DNA from: a virus
Lineage: Duplodnaviria; Heunggongvirae; Uroviricota; Caudoviricetes
Strand: one strand, 5' to 3'
Virus record (IMG/VR): IMGVR_UViG_2609459800_000001
DNA length: 64,000 bases
Translations under genes and position numbers: made by a program
In this document: positions 22,154 to 32,734 of the stretch, in pieces
Numbering within the stretch: position 1 is the stretch's first letter
Layout of the letters: the number at the start of each line of letters is the position of its first letter
Notes under the pieces: model-generated
The model's input: only the letters and a program-made list of their open reading frames with translations
What the model was told of the DNA's origin: nothing
The model's database searches: none

Positions 22154-22180
22154 AGCCCAATCAGTGATTAAAGGTGTGAT

Positions 22181-23224
22181 GTGAAAGCCGTAATTACTCC
22201 CTTTGTACAGAAAGAGCTTGGCCTCGCCACGTTCAAAGTGGATCAGGAGGTCAGAAAGCTGGTGGAGGCTGGCCGTAAATTTATTATGGAGCCGGTGCCG
22301 CGTGAGTTAATCGAGCACATGGAAGACGGCCTCGTTGTTACCGAGCAAACCATGGCAACAAATGAGGCGTTGCAGCCGTTTTTTAACAGCGATGAACTGT
22401 TTCGCCGTATTGGTGGAATTGACGCGCTGGTGGCGTGGTTGCGTAGGAAAGAGGGTCAATGCCAGGCCGCAGATCGTAGTTGGTGTGACAACCATATTGT
22501 CCACGCTGAACGAGACAATAGCGCGGTGTTGTTGTGCTGGCATCACGATAACCATTACCGGATGCGTGGTTTTAATGAGCTGAAAGAAACGCTGCACAAT
22601 AATCGCGTTAACTGGATACTGGATGTCGCCCGTCAGGAAATGGGCCTTTCAAATAGCCATGATTTAAGTATTCAGGAGCTGTGCTGGTGGGCTTTCATGC
22701 GCAACATGATGCACCTGATGCCGGAAGAAGTCTGCCGCATATCAATAAATAAGATGAAGGCTACTCCGCAGGATAGCGGACCTCTGAAAGAGGCGGATAT
22801 TCGCCCGTATGACGATCGCGCTACAGCATATGTTCAGATGATGGAAGAACGCGCCGCGCCGATGCGTGCAAAAGTATGCCCTGTGGATGTTGACTCCGAC
22901 CCAGGTATGGCGCATTTCAAGATACCAAAACTTCAATCGCTAAAATTGCCCGAGTACATGGACTTTGTGGCTTCCCGTCCATGCTGTGGCTGTGGAGCTG
23001 CGGGAGCTGGCGCTCACATTACGCCTTATATCGTTCGTCATAGTCGATTATGCGCGCATGACATTTATGCTATTCCTCTGTGCCAGTCATGCCAGCGTGA
23101 TATTGAGCGTGACCGCGATAATTGGGAGAAGACGCACGGTAGGCTGGCGATGCATCAACGATTGTTCTTTGATTACGCGCTTGGAGTCGGCGCTATCACA
23201 AGTCATTCGTCGAGTGTTAGATAA
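22181..23224 (+). CDS. hypothetical Cys-rich protein at the P1 pdcB position
   Basis: 347-aa ORF downstream of doc; CCGCG and CQSCQ motifs. Confidence 0.55.
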   Translation: MKAVITPFVQKELGLATFKVDQEVRKLVEAGRKFIMEPVPRELIEHMEDGLVVTEQTMATNEALQPFFNSDELFRRIGGIDALVAWLRRKEGQCQAADRSWCDNHIVHAERDNSAVLLCWHHDNHYRMRGFNELKETLHNNRVNWILDVARQEMGLSNSHDLSIQELCWWAFMRNMMHLMPEEVCRISINKMKATPQDSGPLKEADIRPYDDRATAYVQMMEERAAPMRAKVCPVDVDSDPGMAHFKIPKLQSLKLPEYMDFVASRPCCGCGAAGAGAHITPYIVRHSRLCAHDIYAIPLCQSCQRDIERDRDNWEKTHGRLAMHQRLFFDYALGVGAITSHSSSVR

Positions 23225-23225
23225 A

Positions 23226-23242
23226 ATTGCTCTAATGTATTG
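23226..23242 (+). promoter_or_regulatory. C1 operator upstream of lpa
   Basis: ATTGCTCTAATGTATTG. Confidence 0.6.
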
Positions 23243-23312
23243 CTATTTCTTTAATCGAAGGTATTATATTCGACGTTGATTAGTTGACATGGGCTAATCA
23301 GTAGGTGACAGG

Positions 23313-23765
23313 ATGTTACTTAACTGGCAGGGACGCCACTTCATGGAAATAAATCACTCACGAATAACATCGTACGAGATTGCGGATTACATGATCCGCA
23401 CTAAATCTCTTCTATCAGCGAAAGAACTCGCAGCAATTCTTGAAAAGGAATACCCGCATCTGGATGTCGATAAGCGCGATGTTTATCTGCGCTTAAAGGC
23501 TATCGCTGTGTCTAAGTATTCGTCTGTTTTGATTGATGACAGTACACGCCCACGTAGATTTCAGATCCACTCTCTGAATCCTGAATTCTTTCGCCGCAGT
23601 CGCGCTCCGCGCCGGTTTGATGAAAAACTCCAGAACGAACTCTATATGACGCAGGACGAAAAGGAACGCCGGGAGCACCAGCCTTGGGTAATGGCGCGTC
23701 AACTTTTCAATAAGGTGGCCCGTCAGCACCGTCATTACGGTAATGCCACATCCGCACGTATCTGA
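23313..23765 (+). CDS. lpa: late promoter activator-like protein
   Basis: Position between pdcB and pacA with C1 operator upstream; start may be 23343. Confidence 0.55.
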   Translation: MLLNWQGRHFMEINHSRITSYEIADYMIRTKSLLSAKELAAILEKEYPHLDVDKRDVYLRLKAIAVSKYSSVLIDDSTRPRRFQIHSLNPEFFRRSRAPRRFDEKLQNELYMTQDEKERREHQPWVMARQLFNKVARQHRHYGNATSARI

Positions 23766-23850
23766 TTGATTGCTTGCCCGTTCCGGGCCTTTTGACATGT
23801 GACTTTCGTTACCCTCGCGTCAAAAAGAGTTTTTACGAAAGGAAGCATAA

Positions 23851-25044
23851 GTGACCTGGGACGATCACAAGAAGAATTTTGCTCGCCTGGCGCGAGATGG
23901 TGGTTACACCATCGCACAGTATGCCGCCGAGTTTAATCTTAACCCTAATACCGCACGTCGTTATCTCCGTGCCTTCAAAGAAGACACCAGGACAGCGGAC
24001 AGCCGCAAGCCAAATAAGCCTGTCAGGAAACCACTAAAAAGCATGATCATTGATCACGCTAATGATCAACGTGCAGGTGATCACATTGTGGCTGAAATGG
24101 CTGAAAAACAAAGAGTTAATGCTGTTGTCAGTGCCGCACTCGAGAACGCGAAGCGCCAAAATAAGCGCATAAATGATCGTTCTGATGATCATGACGTGAT
24201 CACCCGCGCCCACCGGACCTTACGTGATCGCCTGGAACGCGACACCCTGGATGATGATGGTGAACGCTTTGAATTCGAAGTTGGCGATTACCTGATAGAT
24301 AACGTTGAAGCGCGGAAGGCCGCGCGCGCTATGTTGCGTCGGTCCGGGGCCGATGTTCTGGAAACCACTCTTCTGGAAAAGTCTCTTTCTCATCTCATTA
24401 TGCTGGAGAACGCCAGGGATACGTGTATTCGCCTGGTGCAGGAAATGCGCGATCAGCAAAAAGACGATGATGAAGGTACTCCGCCTGAATACCGTATCGC
24501 GAGCATGCTAAACAGCTGTTCCGCGCAGATAAGCAGTCTGATCAACACCATTTACAGCATCCGGAATAACTATCGAAAAGAAAGCCGGGAGGCGGAAAAG
24601 CACGCTTTATCTATGGGGCAAGCTGGCATTGTTAAGCTGGCATACGAACGAAAGCGTGAAAATAACTGGTCAGTGCTGGAAGCGGCTGAATTCATCGAGG
24701 CGCATGGAGGAAAAGTGCCTCCCCTGATGCTGGAGCAAATCAAAGCCGATCTGCGTGCTCCTAAGACCAATACCGATGATGAGGAAAACCAAACAGCATC
24801 TGGCGCTCCATCACTTGAAGATCTGGATAAAATCGCGCGAGAACGGGCCGCCAGCCGCCGCGCTGATGCCGCATTGTGGATTGAGCATCGTAGAGAAGAA
24901 ATTGCCGATATCGTCGATACAGGTGGTTATGGTGATGTCGATGCGGAAGGCATATCAAACGAAGCATGGCTTGAACAGGATCTGGACGAAGACGAGGAGG
25001 AAGACGAAGAAGTTACCCGCAAACTGTACGGGGATGATGATTAA
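23851..25044 (+). CDS. pacA: terminase small subunit (pacase)
   Basis: 397 aa; contains hexamer pac site; acidic C-terminus; GTG start. Confidence 0.8.
   Translation: MTWDDHKKNFARLARDGGYTIAQYAAEFNLNPNTARRYLRAFKEDTRTADSRKPNKPVRKPLKSMIIDHANDQRAGDHIVAEMAEKQRVNAVVSAALENAKRQNKRINDRSDDHDVITRAHRTLRDRLERDTLDDDGERFEFEVGDYLIDNVEARKAARAMLRRSGADVLETTLLEKSLSHLIMLENARDTCIRLVQEMRDQQKDDDEGTPPEYRIASMLNSCSAQISSLINTIYSIRNNYRKESREAEKHALSMGQAGIVKLAYERKRENNWSVLEAAEFIEAHGGKVPPLMLEQIKADLRAPKTNTDDEENQTASGAPSLEDLDKIARERAASRRADAALWIEHRREEIADIVDTGGYGDVDAEGISNEAWLEQDLDEDEEEDEEVTRKLYGDDD
24044..24202 (+). other. pac packaging site (two clusters of TGATCA/TGATCG hexamers: 4 + 3)
   Basis: Hexamers at 24044, 24051, 24063, 24078 and 24174, 24187, 24197, each containing a Dam GATC. 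Confidence 0.75.
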
Positions 25045-26528
25045 TGGCCAGAAGTTGCGTAACGGACCCACGTTGGCGCGAGCTGGTGGCGCTATATCGT
25101 TATGACTGGATTGCGGCCGCTGATGTGTTGTTTGGGAAGACACCAACCTGGCAGCAGGATGAGATCATTGAGTCCACGCAGCAGGACGGCAGTTGGACAA
25201 GTGTGACCTCCGGCCATGGTACTGGTAAATCGGATATGACGAGTATCATTGCAATACTCTTCATCATGTTTTTCCCCGGCGCTCGCGTCATTCTGGTCGC
25301 TAACAAAAGACAGCAAGTCCTTGATGGTATTTTCAAATACATAAAGAGCAATTGGGCTACTGCTGTTAGCAGATTCCCGTGGTTGTCGAAGTATTTCATT
25401 CTTACAGAAACGTCTTTTTTTGAGGTGACTGGCAAGGGTGTTTGGACAATATTGATAAAGTCCTGTCGCCCCGGGAATGAGGAGGCGTTGGCTGGTGAAC
25501 ACGCCGATCATCTCTTGTATATCATCGACGAAGCGTCGGGTGTGAGTGATAAAGCATTCAGTGTGATAACAGGTGCGCTGACCGGTAAGGATAACCGTAT
25601 TCTGCTTCTTTCCCAGCCTACGCGACCTTCAGGCTATTTCTACGATTCACACCACAGACTAGCTATTCGCCCGGGAAATCCTGATGGATTGTTTACTGCG
25701 ATAATACTGAATAGTGAAGAATCTCCGCTTGTAGATGCAAAATTTATACGAGCAAAACTTGCGGAGTATGGCGGTCGTGATAACCCCATGTACATGATCA
25801 AAGTACGTGGTGAATTTCCCAAATCTCAAGATGGCTTTCTTCTTGGTCGTGATGAGGTTGAGCGGGCGACGCGGCGAAAGGTCAAGATTGCCAAAGGATG
25901 GGGCTGGGTTGCATGTGTTGACGTTGCTGGTGGCACAGGACGAGATAAGTCCGTTATTAATATCATGATGGTGTCCGGCCAGCGAAATAAACGCCGTGTA
26001 ATCAACTATCGTATGCTGGAATACACAGACGTTACAGAAACGCAGTTAGCCGCCAAGATTTTCGCAGAATGTAACCCAGAACGGTTCCCGAACATAACCA
26101 TAGCTATTGATGGCGATGGCTTGGGGAAATCGACGGCTGATCTAATGTACGAACGCTATGGCATTACCGTCCAGCGTATCCGCTGGGGTAAAAAGATGCA
26201 CAGCCGTGAAGATAAAAGCCTTTATTTCGATATGCGCGCTTTCGCGAATATTCAGGCGGCAGAAGCTGTAAAATCAGGGCGTATGAGGCTTGATAAGGGG
26301 GCTGCGACTATAGAGGAAGCATCAAAGATACCGGTAGGGATAAATTCCGCAGGTCAATGGAAGGTGATGTCAAAGGAAGATATGAAGAAAAAACTCAACC
26401 TGCACTCACCGGACCATTGGGATACATATTGTTTCGCTATGTTGGCGAACTATGTTCCCCAGGATGAAGTGCTTAGCGTCGAAGACGAAGCGCAGGTTGA
26501 TGAAGCTCTGTCATGGCTTAATGAATGA
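25044..26528 (+). CDS. pacB: terminase large subunit
   Basis: 494 aa; Walker A-like [13 protein letters not shown] Walker B-like; overlaps pacA stop. Confidence 0.85.
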   Translation: MARSCVTDPRWRELVALYRYDWIAAADVLFGKTPTWQQDEIIESTQQDGSWTSVTSGHGTGKSDMTSIIAILFIMFFPGARVILVANKRQQVLDGIFKYIKSNWATAVSRFPWLSKYFILTETSFFEVTGKGVWTILIKSCRPGNEEALAGEHADHLLYIIDEASGVSDKAFSVITGALTGKDNRILLLSQPTRPSGYFYDSHHRLAIRPGNPDGLFTAIILNSEESPLVDAKFIRAKLAEYGGRDNPMYMIKVRGEFPKSQDGFLLGRDEVERATRRKVKIAKGWGWVACVDVAGGTGRDKSVINIMMVSGQRNKRRVINYRMLEYTDVTETQLAAKIFAECNPERFPNITIAIDGDGLGKSTADLMYERYGITVQRIRWGKKMHSREDKSLYFDMRAFANIQAAEAVKSGRMRLDKGAATIEEASKIPVGINSAGQWKVMSKEDMKKKLNLHSPDHWDTYCFAMLANYVPQDEVLSVEDEAQVDEALSWLNE

Positions 26529-26680
26529 ACATTTGCTCTAATGAATTGTGTTTTTTAACTACCGATGTTACATTGAACCTGACCTCTTGCGCCTTGAGGC
26601 ATTTTCGGTTTATGCTTATCAGGCACCTCATTAAAACGGGTGCCGGGATTGAGACCCCGGATAATGCAAAAGGCGACACA

Positions 26681-26702
26681 GACGCCAAAAGCGTCTTTTT
26701 TT
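26681..26702 (+). terminator. intrinsic terminator after pacB
   Basis: GACGC-caaaa-GCGTC followed by TTTTTTT. Confidence 0.55.
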
Positions 26703-26729
26703 GTGTCATGCCATCGCACAGCCATACGT

Positions 26730-26845
26730 AGCGTTTAGCTCAGAGATCAATGGTAGTGCTGGCTGGGCTGCCGAAAGGCAGGCCGGTTCCCTTTTGCGCC
26801 GGTAGTCTCAACCCAGTCAGTGCTACCGCCATTGAGATTGAGACC
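26730..26845 (+). ncRNA. candidate structured RNA (c4-like antisense RNA?)
   Basis: Nested stems 26748-26762/26818-26834; GAAA-capped hairpin 26768-26781; TAGCTCAG box 26736-26743. Confidence 0.25.
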
Positions 26846-26887
26846 TCACGCGGTAGCTCCTTAAATTAGCAAAAGGAGGCTGCCATT

Positions 26888-27109
26888 GTGGCTACTATCC
26901 CTACCCCAACTCATCCTGAATTTATCTGGCGCTTTTACTCCTGCCAGAAACGTCACTATCACTTCGTTATTGCACCGACAGAAGATGAGGCTCGCTCTCA
27001 GCTTCCGGATGCACCCTGTATTTTCTCTGCCCGCTTTTCTACCGATTCGCGCAATTCTCTCAGTTACTGGAGCCTCCCTGTTAACGCTTCTGCTCAGGAG
27101 GGACTATGA
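26888..27109 (+). CDS. icd-like small ORF (73 aa)
   Basis: GTG start after AAAGGAGG; stop overlaps ant-like ATG (ATGA). Confidence 0.3.
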   Translation: MATIPTPTHPEFIWRFYSCQKRHYHFVIAPTEDEARSQLPDAPCIFSARFSTDSRNSLSYWSLPVNASAQEGL

Positions 27110-28218
27110 GAACGTCATTAGTCACCCGTGAAGAGATGATCGAGGCAATTGAACAGCACACTGCCTGTATCAGTACCAGGGATATACCGGGCGTTATTGC
27201 CAACTACTTCATGATCACCAAACAACTTTACCGGAGAAAGGACAAGAACTCGGTTCACCGCATTCTGCTAACCGATATCCGTGAATACCTGCTCGAACAG
27301 GGTCATCTGAATTACGCAACCGTCGCAGCCGAAGCACGCAAGGAGGCACACAGAATGAAAGCAACTAACGTTAAATCAGAAAAAATTTATGCACCTTCAG
27401 TTCAGGAATCGGAACTGGTGGTTGTTCAGAATCAGCCGGATGAAATTCCCGTTCTGGAATGGCAGGGAGTACGTGTCGTGACAACCGAAACTCTTGCTAG
27501 AGGGTATGGGGTCGATGAAGCCAATATTCGCAACAATTTGTCTCGCAACCTTGACCGCTTTGAAGAAGGTAAGCATTACTTTCTTCTAACTGGTTTAAAA
27601 TTAAGAGAATTTAAGAACAGAGTAACCGGAAGTTACTCTGTTGGTAAGAACGCCAGAAGCCTTACACTCTGGACAGAGCGCGGCGCTGCACGCATGTCTA
27701 AGATCGTGGACACAAATGAAGCATGGGCATTCTTTGAAAAACTGGAAGACAGCTACTTCCGGCAAAAAGAACAGCAACCGGTTGCAATCCCCCAAACATT
27801 ACCAGAAGCCCTACGCCTGGCTGCCGAACTGGCTGAACAAAAGCAGCTTCTGGAACAGAAAGCCCACCAGCTAAATCAGCAGCTGGTGGCCGCCGCTCCT
27901 AAGGTCGATTTTGCCGACCGGGTATCAGTAGCTAAAGGGATCCTGATTGGGAATTTTGCAAAGGTTGTTGGACTTAAGCAAAATGCGCTGTTTGCCTGGT
28001 TACGGGAGAACGGCATCCTGATAGCGTCCGGTGGACGTAAAAATGTGCCGTTCCAGCAGTACATTAACGCCGGGTATTTCACGGTGAAAGAAGTGGTGCT
28101 GGATGATGAAGATGGCTACCAGATACGGTTGACGCCTCAATTAACGGGTAAAGGCCAGCAGTGGTTGACGCGTAAACTGCTCGATGCTGGCTTGTTAAAA
28201 CCGGTGGCAGCTGAATAA
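27106..28218 (+). CDS. phage antirepressor-like protein (KilAC-type C-terminal domain)
   Basis: C-terminal FAKVVGLKQNALFAWLRENGIL...YINAGYFTVKEV resembles Ant/KilAC; internal Met 84 could give a shorter isoform. Confidence 0.65.
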   Translation: MRTSLVTREEMIEAIEQHTACISTRDIPGVIANYFMITKQLYRRKDKNSVHRILLTDIREYLLEQGHLNYATVAAEARKEAHRMKATNVKSEKIYAPSVQESELVVVQNQPDEIPVLEWQGVRVVTTETLARGYGVDEANIRNNLSRNLDRFEEGKHYFLLTGLKLREFKNRVTGSYSVGKNARSLTLWTERGAARMSKIVDTNEAWAFFEKLEDSYFRQKEQQPVAIPQTLPEALRLAAELAEQKQLLEQKAHQLNQQLVAAAPKVDFADRVSVAKGILIGNFAKVVGLKQNALFAWLRENGILIASGGRKNVPFQQYINAGYFTVKEVVLDDEDGYQIRLTPQLTGKGQQWLTRKLLDAGLLKPVAAE

Positions 28219-28225
28219 TGGAAGA

Positions 28226-28250
28226 ATGCCCGGTTGATGCCGGGCATAAT
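28226..28250. terminator. bidirectional hairpin between convergent ant-like gene and c1
   Basis: ATGCCCGG-ttgat-GCCGGGCAT. Confidence 0.4.
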
Positions 28251-29102
28251 TTATTGCGCGCTTTCGGGGTTGTCGTTTACTGGCTGCCCCTTCTTGGTTT
28301 TACGGCTGCGCGTAACTGATGCGGCTGACTTAACCTTTTTCTCTTCGCGAGTGATGGCAATTTGTTTTTTTACATTTTCAATATCTGCCAGGCGATATAT
28401 TTTTGCTTGCGGCCAGCGGTCGCAGATGATCGGTTCTATGGAGTCATAAAGGCTAAATTTTGCTTTTTCGAATTCACCGTTGATGATAATTCCATCACGG
28501 AGAGTTTCATCGCAGATAAACACGCCACACAGTGGCACATGGTAACTAACTGATTTACCATCATTGTAGTTAGGGCTACTGGAAATGTAGTGGACGCGCA
28601 GCATTGTTTCGCTAAAGCCGTGTACGCGCATACGGAATTTTTCATCCTCCGGGTACTGCCTCATTAGCTCTTTTGTTGCTTCCAGGTTCTCTATGTATTT
28701 CGCACTGTGCTCATTGATCCCCGCGCTTTTTTGGATGCGAATGTCCTTATCAATCAGATGAATAATGCGGCCAGCGGTCATGTTGACGCTGTTCACAGCT
28801 TCTGTCTGATAAGTTGTAACCTTGCGCACACCGCGAAGGATGTTAGGCACTGGATATAAAATAGTCTTTGGGATATTGAGGTCTGGGTACTGTTCCAGTT
28901 CCCGCGCCATTAAAGTCCATTTATCAATTTCAGCCTGAATGCTGTCAGTTTCTTTGAACGGTAGAACGACAACCGGGCGTACAGGACGACCGTCGCTGGC
29001 TGTATCAACGTGTTGGGCGCGTGCAACAGCTTTTTTTAGAAAGAGATCCCTGAAGCTGACGAACTCCTGGTACAGTTGTTCGCCGTAGACATAATTTATC
29101 AT
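28251..29102 (-). CDS. c1: C1 repressor of lysis
   Basis: 283 aa; sequence matches P1 C1 as recalled (MINYVYGEQLYQEF...NDNPESAQ). Confidence 0.9.
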   Translation of the reverse strand: MINYVYGEQLYQEFVSFRDLFLKKAVARAQHVDTASDGRPVRPVVVLPFKETDSIQAEIDKWTLMARELEQYPDLNIPKTILYPVPNILRGVRKVTTYQTEAVNSVNMTAGRIIHLIDKDIRIQKSAGINEHSAKYIENLEATKELMRQYPEDEKFRMRVHGFSETMLRVHYISSSPNYNDGKSVSYHVPLCGVFICDETLRDGIIINGEFEKAKFSLYDSIEPIICDRWPQAKIYRLADIENVKKQIAITREEKKVKSAASVTRSRKTKKGQPVNDNPESAQ

Positions 29103-29195
29103 TGATCCTCCTCCAGAATTGACATGGTCAATAACGCCCGGCTGAGAAAACCGGTCATTACTGACCTATATTATAGAGGGATCAAACAAAAATAA

Positions 29196-29212
29196 TAGAT
29201 TTATTAGTGCAT
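29196..29212 (-). promoter_or_regulatory. C1 operator-like site upstream of c1
   Basis: AATGCACTAATAAATCT, 3 mismatches. Confidence 0.4.
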
Positions 29213-29422
29213 TTATTGTGAGTCTAACTGGTTAGTTGCCATGAGATATTCGATTGTGTCAGTGAGGTCATCCAGGTCGTCTTGGGTGATGCGGTACTCC
29301 TGATTGGATATCTTTGAGTAGTGTTCAGCAATGGCGCGGGCAGCGTCGGTTTCGGCAGGGTCTACAGATAAAGCGTTAGAGCAATGTCTAACGTCGTCGA
29401 TGGTTGGTTGAATGAAAGCCAT
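29213..29422 (-). CDS. coi: C1 inactivator
   Basis: 69-aa acidic ORF immediately upstream of c1 on same strand. Confidence 0.8.
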   Translation of the reverse strand: MAFIQPTIDDVRHCSNALSVDPAETDAARAIAEHYSKISNQEYRITQDDLDDLTDTIEYLMATNQLDSQ

Positions 29423-29660
29423 AATTATGCCTCACTGTATTGACAACACAGAGCCTGAAGCTCTGACCTACTGTTTCACCCATGATCCATGCTGGGGTAA
29501 TCTAACAACATTGCGCTGTGTGTAAGATGAGCAATGCATAGCTGTAATGCCGTTGTATAAGGTTTCCCTGTTTGCCCATTTCCTTCTGAGCCGCTCTACA
29601 ACGCTGAAGACACATTAAATAGTGAATCCAAAGTCGTATTACGTAACGGCGGCAAAACTA

Positions 29661-29677
29661 TAATTTATTAGAGCAAT
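29661..29677 (-). promoter_or_regulatory. C1 operator (Op99 cluster)
   Basis: ATTGCTCTAATAAATTA, 16/17. Confidence 0.65.
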
Positions 29678-29743
29678 TGTCAAACAACTATGAAAAACAA
29701 TCCAGTTTTTGGCTGGTGGAGTGGGATTTTTCTCTCAAAATTT

Positions 29744-29760
29744 ATTGCTCTAATATTTCT
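29744..29760 (+). promoter_or_regulatory. C1 operator (Op99 cluster)
   Basis: ATTGCTCTAATATTTCT. Confidence 0.6.
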
Positions 29761-29803
29761 TGATTTTTATGCGCAGCTGGACGTAAACTCCTCTTCGGAC
29801 CTA

Positions 29804-29837
29804 ATAACTTCGTATAGCATACATTATACGAAGTTAT
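29804..29837 (+). other. loxP: loxP recombination site
   Basis: Exact 34-bp ATAACTTCGTATA-GCATACAT-TATACGAAGTTAT. Confidence 0.97.
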
Positions 29838-29909
29838 CTTAAGGGTTATTGAATATGATCAATTTACCTGTAAATCCATACAGTTCAATACCTTATCAGG
29901 TCAAATAGT

Positions 29910-29929
29910 GATCACTTGATCATTTGATC
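29910..29929 (+). promoter_or_regulatory. cluster of three Dam GATC sites (TGATCA x3) in the loxP-cre interval
   Basis: GATC at 29910, 29918, 29926 within 20 bp. Confidence 0.4.
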
Positions 29930-30255
29930 AAGGTTGCGCTACGTAAAATCTGCGAAATGTTGGCAGTGTTAGTGCTCCAGATTTCGCGTAGCGCACTTAG
30001 CACCACCAATCAATCAGAGGTGAAAAATGGGATATTCAGCTGCTAAAGTGTCCACTCATCTTGAGTTTGAGAAAAACCGTGGTTACTGGCGGGCAAAAGG
30101 GTTTGATCGTGATAGTTGCCAACTGTCATTATCGCGCGGTGAAGAGAAAATAGAACGCACGCGCGGTCGCTGGCGTTTCTATGACGAGAACCATAAACAG
30201 GTAAAGGCAGAGCCGATCCTGTACACTTTACTTAAAACCATTATCTGAGTGTTAA

Positions 30256-31287
30256 ATGTCTAATTTACTGACCGTACACCAAAATTTGCCTGCATTACCG
30301 GTCGATGCAACGAGTGATGAGGTTCGCAAGAACCTGATGGACATGTTCAGGGATCGCCAGGCGTTTTCTGAGCATACCTGGAAAATGCTTCTGTCCGTTT
30401 GCCGGTCGTGGGCGGCATGGTGCAAGTTGAATAACCGGAAGTGGTTTCCCGCAGAACCTGAAGATGTTCGCGATTATCTTCTATATCTTCAGGCGCGCGG
30501 TCTGGCAGTGAAAACTATCCAGCAACATTTGGGCCAGCTAAATATGCTTCATCGTCGGTCCGGGCTGCCACGACCAAGTGACAGCAATGCTGTTTCACTG
30601 GTCATGCGACGGATCCGAAAAGAAAACGTTGATGCCGGTGAGCGTGCAAAACAGGCGCTGGCGTTCGAACGCACTGATTTCGACCAGGTTCGTTCACTCA
30701 TGGAAAATAGCGATCGCTGCCAGGATATACGTAATCTGGCATTTCTGGGGATTGCTTATAACACCCTGTTACGTATAGCCGAAATTTCTAGGATCAGAGT
30801 TAAAGATATCTCACGTACTGACGGTGGGAGAATGTTAATCCATATTGGCAGAACGAAAACGCTGGTTAGCACCGCTGGTGTAGAGAAGGCACTTAGTCTG
30901 GGGGTAACTAAACTGGTTGAGCGATGGATTTCTGTCTCTGGTGTGGCTGATGATCCGAATAACTTCTTGTTTTGCCGTGTCAGAAAAAATGGTGTTGCCG
31001 CGCCATCTGCCACCAGCCAGCTATCAACTCGCGCCCTGGAAGGGATTTTTGAAGCAACTCACCGATTGATTTACGGGGCTAAGGATGACTCTGGCCAGAG
31101 GTACCTGGCCTGGTCTGGACACAGTGCCCGTGTCGGAGCCGCGCGAGATATGGCCCGTGCCGGAGTTTCAATACCGGAGATCATGCAAGCTGGTGGCTGG
31201 ACCAACGTAAATATTGTCATGAACTATATCCGTAACCTGGATAGTGAAACAGGGGCAATGGTGCGCCTGCTGGAAGATGGCGATTAG
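30256..31287 (+). CDS. cre: Cre tyrosine recombinase
   Basis: 343 aa, essentially identical to P1 Cre as recalled; loxP 419 bp upstream. Confidence 0.97.
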   Translation: MSNLLTVHQNLPALPVDATSDEVRKNLMDMFRDRQAFSEHTWKMLLSVCRSWAAWCKLNNRKWFPAEPEDVRDYLLYLQARGLAVKTIQQHLGQLNMLHRRSGLPRPSDSNAVSLVMRRIRKENVDAGERAKQALAFERTDFDQVRSLMENSDRCQDIRNLAFLGIAYNTLLRIAEISRIRVKDISRTDGGRMLIHIGRTKTLVSTAGVEKALSLGVTKLVERWISVSGVADDPNNFLFCRVRKNGVAAPSATSQLSTRALEGIFEATHRLIYGAKDDSGQRYLAWSGHSARVGAARDMARAGVSIPEIMQAGGWTNVNIVMNYIRNLDSETGAMVRLLEDGD

Positions 31288-31304
31288 CCATTAACGCGTA
31301 AATG

Positions 31305-31321
31305 ATTGCTCTAATTCTTTG
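31305..31321 (+). promoter_or_regulatory. C1 operator between cre and downstream gene
   Basis: ATTGCTCTAATTCTTTG. Confidence 0.55.
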
Positions 31322-31337
31322 ATATTTATGGTGACAT

Positions 31338-31649
31338 ATGAGAAAGGATTTCAACATCGACGGAAAATATGTAGTGCTGTCTGTGAGCACTAATATTCAG
31401 TCGCCAGCCGTCATTGTCACTGTAAAGCTGAGCGATAGAATGCCTGATATTGACTCAATATCCGTTGCGTTCCCTGTCAGAAGTATGCGTAGTGCTGAAC
31501 ATTTCGTGATGAATGCCACCGAGGAAGAAGCACGGCGCGGTTTTGCTAAAGTAGTGTCTGACTTTGGCGAACTCTTGGATAAGGTTAACAATGTCCTTTC
31601 AATCAGTTCAGCAAGGTCCAAAGCGTTAACAGCTTCCATGATGAAATAA
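31338..31649 (+). CDS. cre-associated small protein (103 aa)
   Basis: ORF immediately downstream of cre. Confidence 0.5.
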   Translation: MRKDFNIDGKYVVLSVSTNIQSPAVIVTVKLSDRMPDIDSISVAFPVRSMRSAEHFVMNATEEEARRGFAKVVSDFGELLDKVNNVLSISSARSKALTASMMK

Positions 31650-31653
31650 AAAA

Positions 31654-31673
31654 AGCCTGGCAAGGAGCCAGGC
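31654..31673. terminator. hairpin flanked by A-run/T-run (bidirectional terminator)
   Basis: GCCTGGC-aagga-GCCAGGC. Confidence 0.45.
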
Positions 31674-31776
31674 TGCACTAAAGACCGGGTTTGTGTTCCG
31701 CATCCAATCAATCAGAAAGGAGTATAGCACATAGATACTAAAGTGAAAAAATGTGACTGAAGATAAACAATATAAC

Positions 31777-31800
31777 ATTGCTCTAATTGATTGTTATAAT
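31777..31800 (+). promoter_or_regulatory. C1 operator fused to a -10 TATAAT (ref-type promoter)
   Basis: ATTGCTCTAATTGATTG then TATAAT at 31795-31800. Confidence 0.55.
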
Positions 31801-31997
31801 TGAGCCGTGGCGTTAGTCAACTACGAAGACGTGGCCATTACCTACTTAACCAGTTCCGCCAGGGCAGCAGAGTAGGTTTCATCTCGGATGTACCATGCCT
31901 GCATGTTTTCCAGAGAAGCCCGCGAGGTTCCCGGACAGGACTCTGCCATTGCGATAGATTAAATGCAATAACCTAAAAGCGATAACGTGGTGGAAAA

Positions 31998-32635
31998 ATG
32001 TTCATCAGAGCTTATTTAAGGGCATCAACGGAAGATCAGTTTGCCGATCGGGCAAAAGAGATGCTGGGGCAGTTTGTTCAGGAGCGGGGACATAAAATAG
32101 CCAGTTACTACCGGGAGAACATAAGCGGTACAAAACTCGACCGCCCGGAACTGGGACGCTTACTGATGGACAGCCACCGCAATGATATTTTACTGGTCGA
32201 GCAAATTGACCGCCTGACCCGTCTGAGTAACAGTGACTGGATTACGCTGAAAAAGCAGATAGAACAACACGAACTGCGGATTGTCGCCTGGATGTATCCA
32301 CCTCATGGCAGGCGCTGTCAGATAAAGACCCTTCGCAGGCTGACCCAATCACCCGCGCCGTGATAACCGCCATCAATAACATGCTTATCGACCTGATGGC
32401 CGCGATGTCGCATAAGGACTGGCTGAGCCGTCGCCAACGGCAACAACAGGGAATTGAACGGGCTCATACGCTGGGTAAATACCGGGGATAACAGGCCGAT
32501 CAGGAACGGCATCAGAAAGTCCTGTACTACCGGCAGGTCAAGAAACTAAGTATCCATGAAACGGTAGATGCGACAGGGTACAGTCCTTCACAGATATGCC
32601 GCATTCAAGAGAGCCTGAATCGGAATAAAAAGTAG
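31998..32635 (+). pseudogene. serine recombinase (resolvase/invertase family) pseudogene with two frameshifts
   Basis: Catalytic N-terminus, middle and HTH C-terminus lie in three different frames. Confidence 0.7.
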
Positions 32636-32734
32636 CCCTGGCGTTAATGGATTACCTTTCCAGGCTAAGCTCATTGCTCCTGTCAGATACGCAGCCCTGC
32701 CTGTAATAATACAGACTGGGCAATGTGTTGCCAC

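Noticed and set aside
26736-26743. tRNA-like TAGCTCAG box suggesting a tRNA gene
   Set aside because: No canonical T-arm (GTTCRANYC) or anticodon stem at the right spacing; more consistent with a structured regulatory RNA than a tRNA.
26886-27131. Alternative 81-aa ORF overlapping the icd-like ORF in another frame
   Set aside because: Hydrophobic, low-complexity translation; the 73-aa frame is coupled to the downstream antirepressor start and reads more protein-like.
30027-30248. 73-aa ORF between loxP and cre
   Set aside because: Lies in the interval that holds the cre promoters and the Dam-site cluster; no RBS noted and no counterpart I recall in P1; treated as non-coding.
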